Both the position numbers and the translations under genes were made by a program. This document shows positions 53,432 through 61,785 of a DNA stretch of 64,000 nt, in pieces (within the stretch, counting starts at the first letter, position 1; the number at the start of each line of letters is the position of its first letter). Source of the DNA: a virus. A model generated the notes under the pieces. That model ran no database searches. It was not told the origin of the DNA and was given only the letters and a program-made list of their open reading frames with translations. The stretch is taken from IMG/VR virus record IMGVR_UViG_3300042898_006838, positions 1-64,000 of that record, one strand, 5' to 3'.

Positions 53432-53819
53432 ATTCACTCCACCACGCCTCAAGGGCGACTTTTGCTTGGTTGACGATTTCTTTCGCCTGATTTTTGACCC
53501 TGAGCTCATCAACACTCCGACATCCGCCAAGAGACAGTGACGCCGTCACCAACTGCTGCCTTCGGTCTCCACCGGACGTCGTTGCCAGCGCCAGGGCCCT
53601 GGCCACGGCCTCGGTGTCGATGACGCGAATGACTCTGTCCATGACCGTCAGCATCTGTTCTAGACTCGTGACCACGGGATCACCGGCCAGATGCTCGCTG
53701 ACGTAGTCCAGTACGGCTTTGACGTCTCGACAGTAGACCGTCGATACGCCGTCGACCTTGATCTCGAACCCTGGGATCAAGGGCGTGAGCAAGAATCGTC
53801 CCGCCGCATCGAGCTTCAC
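53244..53819 (-). CDS. Hypothetical protein
   Basis: GTGA overlap with the upstream gene; first ~128 aa look globular, and the tail overlaps the next gene. Confidence 0.55.
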   Translation of the reverse strand: MKLDAAGRFLLTPLIPGFEIKVDGVSTVYCRDVKAVLDYVSEHLAGDPVVTSLEQMLTVMDRVIRVIDTEAVARALALATTSGGDRRQQLVTASLSLGGCRSVDELRVKNQAKEIVNQAKVALEAWWSECERGREKSPEPSPARELDQDIRAGADGTAEGSASAPGVGGNGRVRAPGGKGRARPSQGYGPG

Positions 53820-54214
53820 GACGGCAGGACCTTGATGCCCGTCTTCGAGAACTTTACCCTGGCCTTGTCGCCGGGCTTCTTGCCCATGATGCCAAGTGGC
53901 AGCCCCACTCGTCCGTTGACGCCGACGATGTAGACGCGGGTCTCGCCTTCATCTGGTGGCGTCACCGGGCCACCGACGTGCCCTTGCCGCTTCTGGGCTG
54001 CGAGATCCAGCAGTGACTTGTCGATGTCTCGGTAGCCGTGCTCTTTCAACACAGCCACGATGCGGCTGGCGCGGATCGCGTCCAGTCGTTCACCGATCTC
54101 GGCCTTGACGGCATCAAAGCCCTCGCCCTGAATCCTCAGCGCCAACTGTCGGTTGTCCAGGTAGACTGCTCTGGATTTCTTGCGAGACCTTGACTCTGTC
54201 ATCAGTGACCCCAT
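53816..54214 (-). CDS. AbrB/SpoVT-like DNA-binding domain protein
   Basis: C-terminal VGVNGRVGLPLGIMGKKPGDKARVKFSKTGIKVLP matches the swapped-hairpin pattern GRVxLP..GD.V....I.L.P. Confidence 0.6.
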   Translation of the reverse strand: MGSLMTESRSRKKSRAVYLDNRQLALRIQGEGFDAVKAEIGERLDAIRASRIVAVLKEHGYRDIDKSLLDLAAQKRQGHVGGPVTPPDEGETRVYIVGVNGRVGLPLGIMGKKPGDKARVKFSKTGIKVLPS

Positions 54215-54244
54215 TTGACTTAATCACTTGTGTCATAGCACAGT

Positions 54245-54664
54245 TCAGACATCAACATCAGAGTTGACGTCAAGGGTCCCGGCCTGAGAGAAGACACGGC
54301 GAGAGCTGTCGCTGGCTCGAAACGCGAGCTTTACCTTCTCCGGCGCTTCGTAGTTGGTTTGTGTCTGAGGGTTCCACCGCTGGCCGCTGGGAGTGACGTG
54401 AGGTTTGAAGGTTCCGATCTTGCCCATACGCACGCGTCCGCCAGCGAGTACGATGTACGAAATCTGATCGGCGATACCGAAGACGATGTCCTTCACGGCC
54501 TGGCGACTGAGCTCGGCACCCAGCACGGGCACGAACACGGTCTTGTTGAGATGGTCGTAGAACTCGTCCTGACGAACGACTCGATCGCGAATGCTGTCCC
54601 TGATCTTCTTGGCCAGGGTCGACTTGGAGATGGCTCGCTTGTCTACCGTCATCTCGTCTGTCAT
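54245..54664 (-). CDS. HU/IHF family histone-like DNA-binding protein
   Basis: LSRQAVKDIV..GGRVRMGKIGTF..RWNPQT..KLAFRAS matches HU/IHF signatures; has an N-terminal extension. Confidence 0.85.
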   Translation of the reverse strand: MTDEMTVDKRAISKSTLAKKIRDSIRDRVVRQDEFYDHLNKTVFVPVLGAELSRQAVKDIVFGIADQISYIVLAGGRVRMGKIGTFKPHVTPSGQRWNPQTQTNYEAPEKVKLAFRASDSSRRVFSQAGTLDVNSDVDV

Positions 54665-54667
54665 TCC

Positions 54668-54697
54668 GTTATACCTCGCAAGACTCTGGTTTTCACG
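54668..54697 (-). promoter_or_regulatory. Candidate phage promoter, copy 1 (CGTGAAAA-N17-ATAAC)
   Basis: In a divergent intergenic gap upstream of the HU gene; same bipartite motif as at 61739-61769. Confidence 0.5.
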
Positions 54698-54738
54698 GCC
54701 TCAGAGCGCGTAGAATCACTACGACCAAGGAGCAGACT

Positions 54739-55446
54739 ATGAACCCGTTGCTGAAGACACTGCGAACCAAGACGGCGGGGGTCTGGGCTCTTCCGGCCGA
54801 GCGCCGATTCCCCATCGACACAGTTGACCTCGTCAAGACCGCGGCTGTCGCCTTCGAGGGCCAGCTGGAGAACATGGATCCGGCCCAGCGCCTGGTCTGT
54901 GCGCGTCGCGTCTGTGATCGTGCCGCTGAGCTGGGTGTACACGTCGAATCGTCCCTCGCCTACAAGTACGCCAGCGCCAATCTCAGCCCCTTCTTCGCTC
55001 AGTTCCTGGCTCTACGCAAGGAGGCCAGCTGCCACCTTGCTGACCGTGAGTTGGACATGCTGGCCGCCACGGCGGAGAAGCTGTCCTCGATCAAGGACGT
55101 TAACGCTCGCGTCGTCGGCCTCGACAAGGTGGCTGTGGCCCTTGAGAACTTTGACCGCGGTCACGGCCTTGAGGGGCACTGGGACAACTTCTTCCCAGAC
55201 CCGGCGTACAGCGTCTACGGACAGACCTTGGACCGCGGCGAGCGGATGGTCTTGGCCGTGAAGGTTGCCGGCCACGAGATCGACGGACAGATGCTGGAGT
55301 CGGCGGACTGGGAGGGGCTGAGAGGTCGCCTCGATGACTCAGTCATCGACGGCCTGCGTGATGCCGGCGCTGACCAACTCGCGGTCTTCGACAGCCTCCC
55401 GGCTCCGCACAAGGACATCATCGTCCAGGCCCTGGTGTCGGCATGA
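54739..55446 (+). CDS. Putative head-associated protein (235 aa), K-x-A rich
   Basis: AAGGAG RBS and TAGAAT upstream; first gene of the operon containing the portal. Confidence 0.7.
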   Translation: MNPLLKTLRTKTAGVWALPAERRFPIDTVDLVKTAAVAFEGQLENMDPAQRLVCARRVCDRAAELGVHVESSLAYKYASANLSPFFAQFLALRKEASCHLADRELDMLAATAEKLSSIKDVNARVVGLDKVAVALENFDRGHGLEGHWDNFFPDPAYSVYGQTLDRGERMVLAVKVAGHEIDGQMLESADWEGLRGRLDDSVIDGLRDAGADQLAVFDSLPAPHKDIIVQALVSA

Positions 55447-56735
55447 GCGTGGTCAACGACGGTCACAAGGACAGCGGCGGCGGGTCAATGGCTGACGCCG
55501 TCTTCGAGGGAATGTGGAAGGGGGCCAGCCGGCCGTCACGAGCCGTCGTTGGCCCGCTTGCGGAGTGGGATGGCCAGGACCCGATCGTGACCAAAACTGC
55601 TCGTGTGCTCAGCGAGAACAGGAGCTTTGAGTCCACAGCCGGCCCCGGTGCCGCCCGCAATGCCAACAGCGGACCAGATCCGTCTGAGAGCTACAGCGCC
55701 ACGGTCGGAGCCACGGCTTCGGAGGCCAAGACTCCGCCGCCAGCGGACCAGAAGAAGCCTGTCGACAGCGGTCCGGCGAAGGGGGTCAAAGGCCCGGCTG
55801 CCTCTGGTCAGATTCAAGACGGCGGCCAGGGGCAGCGAAGCGATGTCTCGTCCAACGTCAAGTCGCGGCTGCAGTCGATGCTTCGCGTCAAGGAGACGGC
55901 ACCAATCCCCCGTGATCTCGTGCCCGCCGGGGCCATGGACAGCGACTACGAAAAGGTCGGATCAGCCCTGCCCGTGGAATGGCTTGAGCAGGCCGGAGAC
56001 GACGTCAGTGAACTGGCTGTCAACGAGCGATTGGCATATGCCGCTGTCCCAGGCGACGGTGGATGGCTGCGTGACGTCGCCGCCGATATCCTGGTCAAGG
56101 AGGCAAGCTCCGACGGCGAGTACCTGGTTCGCGATGACGTCCACCCGCTGAAGATCGTGGCCGTCCTCGACGACCTACTGGGCAGTGAGTGGCGGGAGTG
56201 GGAGCCGGAAACGATCAAGGCCTCACTGGCCAAGGAGGCGGGGACGGAGCCAGGCGACGGGGTTATGGACAAGATCATGGCCGTGAAGCTGGCGCTCTTC
56301 CGCCCCGAACTCTTCTACGGCCGGTGGCAAGCCTTCGAGAAGATGGCTGTGGCTTTCAACGACCGGCGCCCGGAGATGACGGACACCGAGCGGCTGAGTG
56401 CCGATGAGATGGCCAACGCCGTCGCCATCGCCCAGAAGCTGGCTGGCGAGGGGGACTTCACACCCGAGGTCGCCGCCTACGTCGCCACGCACCTCTTCGA
56501 CGAGGGCCTGGTCGTGGCGCCTCCGCAGCTGCTGTTTGCCGACGCCAAACTTGCAACCCTGGTCCGCGACCAGGGCCTGCGCCGCAAGGTCGTCCTGGCC
56601 TACGAGTCGGCGTTGAAGAACATGCCGTCGGACGAGAGCGAGGATCCAATTGAGATTCAGGCTCGCCGCATGGTGCGCACACACCTCTACGTCATGGACC
56701 GATTCGATCAGGGTCGAGAGCAGCTTGGATCATGA
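55443..56735 (+). CDS. Putative head-associated protein (430 aa)
   Basis: ATGA overlaps at both ends; disordered N-terminal half, helical C-terminal half. Confidence 0.7.
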   Translation: MSVVNDGHKDSGGGSMADAVFEGMWKGASRPSRAVVGPLAEWDGQDPIVTKTARVLSENRSFESTAGPGAARNANSGPDPSESYSATVGATASEAKTPPPADQKKPVDSGPAKGVKGPAASGQIQDGGQGQRSDVSSNVKSRLQSMLRVKETAPIPRDLVPAGAMDSDYEKVGSALPVEWLEQAGDDVSELAVNERLAYAAVPGDGGWLRDVAADILVKEASSDGEYLVRDDVHPLKIVAVLDDLLGSEWREWEPETIKASLAKEAGTEPGDGVMDKIMAVKLALFRPELFYGRWQAFEKMAVAFNDRRPEMTDTERLSADEMANAVAIAQKLAGEGDFTPEVAAYVATHLFDEGLVVAPPQLLFADAKLATLVRDQGLRRKVVLAYESALKNMPSDESEDPIEIQARRMVRTHLYVMDRFDQGREQLGS

Positions 56736-56995
56736 ACAGGTACCCGGCGCGGCAAGAACAGTGTGACCGAGAAGGCTGCCGTCCCGCGAGGCTGAGACCG
56801 GGAGCGACGGTGCGCGTGCAAGGAGTTGTCAACGGAGTCATCGGCCCGTTGGTCGAGGGACGCGTGTTGATCTCCAAGGCCAGCGATCTGGCCCCGGAAG
56901 TTGATGCGGTACTTGTGGCAACAAGAGAGTACGGTCGGCGTTGGTTTCACACCCGAGGCCACCCATTCCGAGTCGTTGAGGAGATCTGCGCATGA
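56732..56995 (+). CDS. Hypothetical protein (87 aa)
   Basis: ATGA overlaps at both ends. Confidence 0.55.
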   Translation: MNRYPARQEQCDREGCRPARLRPGATVRVQGVVNGVIGPLVEGRVLISKASDLAPEVDAVLVATREYGRRWFHTRGHPFRVVEEICA

Positions 56996-59178
56996 CCAGC
57001 GAGAACGTGGCGCTTGAACGCCATACTTACGACGACCCGTTCCTGGACATGGCCTCGACGAAGCTGCCGAAGAGCTTCAAGAAGCTCATGGAGCTCTGCC
57101 AGATCTTCGCGCTCACGCACCCGCAGATCAGCCCCATCATCCAGCGCCTGGCCGAGTATCCGATCACCAGCCTCGTCTACAAAGGCGACCGTGAGAGTGA
57201 GCGTGTCCACAAGGACATCTTCGAGGTCAAGCTCCGGATCATGGAGAAGATGATCGAGTGGGGCCTGGACTACCACGCCTACGGAAACTGCTTCATCAGC
57301 ATCAGCTTCCCGTTCCTGCGCATGTACCGATGCCAGACCTGCAAGACCATCTACCAGAGCCGTGAGGTCAACTACCAGTACATCGGCGGCCGATTCCAGG
57401 GTCGATGCCGAAGCTGCGGCGGAGACCGAGAGTTCGATGCCATGGACCAGTACGTCAAGGACGCCAGCGGCATCAACCTCTTCCGCTTCGAGCCGCAGCT
57501 GATGACGCCGAAGTTCAACCGTGTCACCGGCCGCTACTTCTACTACTACGACATGCCTCCGGACCTGGTACGCAGCGTCGAGATCGGTGACAAGGACATC
57601 ATCGACAGCACGCCCGTCGAGTACCTGCGGTGCGTGAAGCTCAAGCGCAAGATGAAGCTCAAGCGCGTCTTCCACTTCAAGCGCCCGACACTCAGCGGCC
57701 GCGACATGCAGTGGGGTTTTCCGCTGGTGCTGCCAGCGCTGAAGGATGCCTACCTCAACCAGATCTACAAGAAGGCCGACGAGGCTATTGCCCTCGAACA
57801 CAGCGTGCCCCTGCGCGTGATCTTCCCGCAGCCGCAGACCAAAGACCCAATGCAGATGCTGGCGCTGGGCAACTTCAAGAACTTCATGGCCAAGAACATC
57901 AGGTACTGGCGCCAGGACAAGAACGCGATCATCACCGCGCCCATGCCCATCGGCAGCATGAACATCGGCGGCGACGCCCAGGCCTACAGCACCATCCAGG
58001 CGCGGGTGAAGGTCGTCGACGAGATCATCGGCGCGTGCATGGTCACCCGTGGCTTCGTGCTCGGCGGTGAGAACTGGTCAAGCGCCAGCATCAGCCAGCG
58101 GGTCATGGAGAACAGCTTCATGAACTACCTGCGTCGCATGGACGCCTGTCTGCAGTGGGTTCGTGACGAGGTTGGCGCGTACATGGGCCTGCCGCCGTGC
58201 GCCGTGTCGATGAAGCCATTCAAGAAGGTCGACGACGTGCAGATGCTGCAGCTGATAGTCGGCCTGGCCCAGCAGAAGCGTGTCAGCTGGCAGGAGACGC
58301 TTGGGCGACTGGACCTGGATAGCCGGGACGAGCTCGACGTCATCGAGAAGGAGGCCGTGCGCTACACCGAGCTCATGGTCCAGGAACTCATCGGCCAGAA
58401 CGAGGCCAGCTCCAAGGCTCTCGTGGCCCAGACCGTGGCCCAGGACCAGGCGGCTGGCGTTCAGGAGGTCCTGCAGGCCCAGGCCATGCGAGGTCAGGCC
58501 GTTGGTGCCGATGCCGCTGGGCAGATGAGCAAGGCCCAGTTCGAGGCTCAGCAGGCGGAGGTGGCAGCCAACACGCCGCCAGACCCGGCGTCGGCGGCAG
58601 CATCGGCTGAGGCCGAGAAGGACCAGGCCGTGGCCGAGAACTTCCGCGTCCGCAGTCAGCAGATGAGCGGGCAGCAGCCGGAGCAGCCGCAGGAGCAGAT
58701 GGTGGACGTGAACATGCAGCGTCAGATCCAGATGTGGGCCGGCGAGCTGCTGTCGATGTCCGGCGACGAGAAGCGTAAGCAGCTGCAGTACATGCACGAG
58801 CAGAACCCGGAGATCGCCCAGGCCGTGGTGGAGGTGGCCAGGGAGATGGAGCAGAGCGGTGGCGGTCAGCAGACCGCCGGTCCCGGTCCAGCTATCAGCA
58901 GGAGCCAGGACGCCAAGTCCATGACCGACGCCATCATGTCCCAGGTCAAGAGCCCAGATGAACTCGCTCAGCGCCTGTCCATGATCGATGCCCGGCAACA
59001 GTCAGCCGTGCTCCAGGAGATCCAACGCCGAAACCCTCAGCTCTTCATCAAGGTCATGCAGTTGATGAACGCCGAACGAGCCAAGGGGATGGAGTCCGGA
59101 GCCGGCCGTGGTAACGTGCCAGACAGCAAACCGCTTCCAGAACAGAAACCGCCGCAGCGCGAGGAGTCACCGGTATGA
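56992..59178 (+). CDS. Portal protein with Zn-ribbon insertion and Gln-rich C-terminal extension
   Basis: 728 aa; portal-like THPQISPIIQRLAEYPI, GLDYHAYGNCF, VFHFKRP..WGFPLVLPALK; insertion CQTC..CRSC. Confidence 0.75.
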   Translation: MTSENVALERHTYDDPFLDMASTKLPKSFKKLMELCQIFALTHPQISPIIQRLAEYPITSLVYKGDRESERVHKDIFEVKLRIMEKMIEWGLDYHAYGNCFISISFPFLRMYRCQTCKTIYQSREVNYQYIGGRFQGRCRSCGGDREFDAMDQYVKDASGINLFRFEPQLMTPKFNRVTGRYFYYYDMPPDLVRSVEIGDKDIIDSTPVEYLRCVKLKRKMKLKRVFHFKRPTLSGRDMQWGFPLVLPALKDAYLNQIYKKADEAIALEHSVPLRVIFPQPQTKDPMQMLALGNFKNFMAKNIRYWRQDKNAIITAPMPIGSMNIGGDAQAYSTIQARVKVVDEIIGACMVTRGFVLGGENWSSASISQRVMENSFMNYLRRMDACLQWVRDEVGAYMGLPPCAVSMKPFKKVDDVQMLQLIVGLAQQKRVSWQETLGRLDLDSRDELDVIEKEAVRYTELMVQELIGQNEASSKALVAQTVAQDQAAGVQEVLQAQAMRGQAVGADAAGQMSKAQFEAQQAEVAANTPPDPASAAASAEAEKDQAVAENFRVRSQQMSGQQPEQPQEQMVDVNMQRQIQMWAGELLSMSGDEKRKQLQYMHEQNPEIAQAVVEVAREMEQSGGGQQTAGPGPAISRSQDAKSMTDAIMSQVKSPDELAQRLSMIDARQQSAVLQEIQRRNPQLFIKVMQLMNAERAKGMESGAGRGNVPDSKPLPEQKPPQREESPV

Positions 59179-60506
59179 GCCAGGAAATTGACGACATGTT
59201 TTCGTCGGATCTCAAGGATCTGGCCAACCCGAGCCGCGTGAAGCTTGCTGAGGCCGAGAAGACAGCGCTCGTCGGCCCGCTGCTGGAACTCGGAAACCTC
59301 GGCATTCCCAGCGGCATCGGCTACGCCGTCGGCGCCAACAAGACGCCGGTAAGCAAGGACGAGGCCCGTCGTCAGCTCGACAGCGGATACAGCGTTGGCA
59401 AAGGTCTCCTCGTACCCGGCTACACCGGCTACCGCGCCGGCAAGAACAGCGCGGCCCGCGAGATGCTGCGCGCGGCCGAGAGCAAGAAGAAGAAGGGCAA
59501 GAAGGAAGCGGCTCTGAGCCCGGAGATGGCCTTCAACGCCGGCCGCGTGAAGGGCGCTCAGGACCCGAGCCGACCAGGCGCCGAGATGCCCGAGAACCTC
59601 AAAGCCGTCGAGCGCATGCGCCCGAACAAGCAGTCGCCGCTGACGGACAAGATCGAAGCCGCGAAGAAGCAGGCGAGCTGGCAGCAGCCTGCTGGACGTC
59701 GTGACACCTTGGGACGAGGAAGCCGAACCGGCGACCTCGGCAAAACCATCGGCAAGCTGATGAAGACGACGAGGAGCAAGGAGGCTTCGGCCGACGATCT
59801 CTTTGCCGCCGAGCTCTGCCAGGCCGTGGGCCTGGACGTGCCTGAGGCCTACGTCGACTTCCAGCGCCCGCAGGTCAAGATCGCGGGCAGTGCCAGCGAT
59901 GCCATCGACAACCACTTCCGCGGCTGGATGGAGAAGAAGGCCGGCGAGGATGTGGTCAAGGTCGCCAGCGATGACGAGGACAAGGACGAAGAGTCCGAGT
60001 GCTCCATGGACCACAGCAAGCTCAAGACCGGCACCAAGTGCAAGAAGTGCGGCGAGATGTGCAAGGAATCCTCGGTCAAGGAGGCCTTGAGCAGAGGGTT
60101 TATTGAAGCCATGCTCAAAGGCAAGAAAATCGTCGGCAAGGGAGGACGAACAGCTTCCCAGCGCCTGATGCGTGCCTCCGACAGAGGTCAAAGCGCCTTC
60201 AGCCGCAGAGTCGGCGCCGACGCCCCCAAGCGAATGACGAATTCAGCCCTTGAGCTGCAAAGTCAGGCTGACGGACAGCTCAACAACATCGGACGCGACA
60301 TCGCCGCCGGCACGTCGAAGACCTCCAGCGTCAAGACGGCGATGTGTGGCGCCGAACACAAGAAGCTCAAGCCCGGCGCCAAGTGCGAGAAGTGCGGCGA
60401 GATGGCGAAAACCGCCGGCATCATCGAGCACGACGAGAACCTGGACCTGCTGGCCAAGATCAGGGCCCGGGCCGCGCAGGGCCTGGGGCTGAACGGCGAT
60501 GGCTGA
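59175..60506 (+). CDS. Putative internal head/scaffold-like polyprotein with two Zn knuckles
   Basis: 443 aa, charged and low complexity; two CxxxH-x8-CxxC repeats; follows the portal gene. Confidence 0.6.
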   Translation: MSQEIDDMFSSDLKDLANPSRVKLAEAEKTALVGPLLELGNLGIPSGIGYAVGANKTPVSKDEARRQLDSGYSVGKGLLVPGYTGYRAGKNSAAREMLRAAESKKKKGKKEAALSPEMAFNAGRVKGAQDPSRPGAEMPENLKAVERMRPNKQSPLTDKIEAAKKQASWQQPAGRRDTLGRGSRTGDLGKTIGKLMKTTRSKEASADDLFAAELCQAVGLDVPEAYVDFQRPQVKIAGSASDAIDNHFRGWMEKKAGEDVVKVASDDEDKDEESECSMDHSKLKTGTKCKKCGEMCKESSVKEALSRGFIEAMLKGKKIVGKGGRTASQRLMRASDRGQSAFSRRVGADAPKRMTNSALELQSQADGQLNNIGRDIAAGTSKTSSVKTAMCGAEHKKLKPGAKCEKCGEMAKTAGIIEHDENLDLLAKIRARAAQGLGLNGDG

Positions 60507-60711
60507 CACCTTCCACGTCCGCGTCTTCTGCCTCACGCACCCCAGCGACAGGCAGGACTTCGAGGAGATCAGGCAGGACGTGGAGGTCGACGGCGGTCGC
60601 CGGTTTCGTGTGCTCAAGGAGACCAGCTCCTGGACCCGCGACGGCGACCTGATGATGGCCCTGGAGTACGTGGAGCTCGACGACAAGGCCGTAGCCGAAG
60701 AACGCTACTGA
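60499..60711 (+). CDS. Hypothetical protein (70 aa)
   Basis: Overlaps the upstream stop; ends just before a hairpin. Confidence 0.65.
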   Translation: MADTFHVRVFCLTHPSDRQDFEEIRQDVEVDGGRRFRVLKETSSWTRDGDLMMALEYVELDDKAVAEERY

Positions 60712-60719
60712 CCTCGGCT

Positions 60720-60754
60720 AAAAAAAACGGGGACCCGGTGGTCGGGTCCCCGTT
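60720..60754 (-). terminator. Rho-independent terminator between convergent units
   Basis: Perfect 12-bp stem AACGGGGACCCG/CGGGTCCCCGTT with an A8 run on the left (T run on the minus strand). Confidence 0.8.
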
Positions 60755-60888
60755 GTCGTCAGCGCCCGCGGATGCCGGCGATGGCTTCGTCTTGTTGGCT
60801 GTTCACGGTCACTCTCCTTCCCCTGTAAATCAAATGCCTCCGGCCTCCCCCACCCAGTGGCCCGGGTGGGGGAGGAGAGTCGTCGTCT

Positions 60889-61653
60889 TCAGCTCAGAGG
60901 CGGCGTCGCGCGCTTGGCCTGCTCGGACATGGCCTTGGCAATGGCCTCTGACATCATGCTGATCTGCTCCTCGCGGCTGTACTGGCCCTTGAGATCCTCA
61001 AGGGTTCCGACCACGCGGTCGACCATGAGGAGCTTGCTGCTGCCGCTGTCGTAGCCGCGCTTGCGCAGGTCGGCGAGGTCGCCGCGGGCGTGGAGCTCAC
61101 GCGACAGGTTCGCCTTCGCCTCCTTGCGCATGTCCTTCTCTGCTCGTCCGGCCAGGAACACGACCACAGCCTCGTAAGCCGCCAGGTACGCGCCAGCCGC
61201 CGTGGCCAACGCGTCCTTCTTGCCGCTGCCGACGATGTCCTCGGCGTCAGCGGTGGCCATGGCCGCGGTGATGAGCCCGGCCTCGCGCTGGGCCACGACC
61301 GACATCATCGCCGACCAGACGTCGTCAGGCAGCCCCTCGGGACCGGCGCGGCGCTTGCCGTCGACGATCTTGGCCTTGAAGTCGGCCGTCGCCCGGGCCA
61401 GCATCTCAGCGCCGTTCAGGTGGCGGTCGGCAAAGCTCAGGACCTCCTGCCGCATCTCCATCAGCTCCCCGGCGCGAGGGTGGCGGCCGACGAAGGTTTC
61501 GGGCTTGCTGGCCCGGACCTTGTCGACGGCGTCGACGCGGTACGACGGCATGGCGCCGTCGACGGCGCGGTCGAAACGGCGCTTGGCCTTGGACTTGGAA
61601 TCGGTACCGATGATTTTGGCGCCGACGTGCTTGATCTTCTTGAACATACCCAT
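60889..61653 (-). CDS. Hypothetical helical protein (254 aa)
   Basis: Start re-called to ATG 61653 with AAGGAG RBS; isolated transcription unit. Confidence 0.7.
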   Translation of the reverse strand: MGMFKKIKHVGAKIIGTDSKSKAKRRFDRAVDGAMPSYRVDAVDKVRASKPETFVGRHPRAGELMEMRQEVLSFADRHLNGAEMLARATADFKAKIVDGKRRAGPEGLPDDVWSAMMSVVAQREAGLITAAMATADAEDIVGSGKKDALATAAGAYLAAYEAVVVFLAGRAEKDMRKEAKANLSRELHARGDLADLRKRGYDSGSSKLLMVDRVVGTLEDLKGQYSREEQISMMSEAIAKAMSEQAKRATPPLS

Positions 61654-61738
61654 GACTGACTCCTTGACAGGCCCTGGGGTGTTAACCCTGGGCGGTGGAT
61701 GAGAGTGAGAACAGACCACCTGTTTCTCTCTCACCTCT

Positions 61739-61769
61739 GTTATGCCCGTGTCCTGACGCGATTTTCACG
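61739..61769 (-). promoter_or_regulatory. Candidate phage promoter, copy 2 (CGTGAAAA-N18-ATAAC)
   Basis: In a divergent intergenic gap upstream of the 61653 gene; matches 54668-54697. Confidence 0.5.
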
Positions 61770-61785
61770 ATAGGATGAGGTCGAC

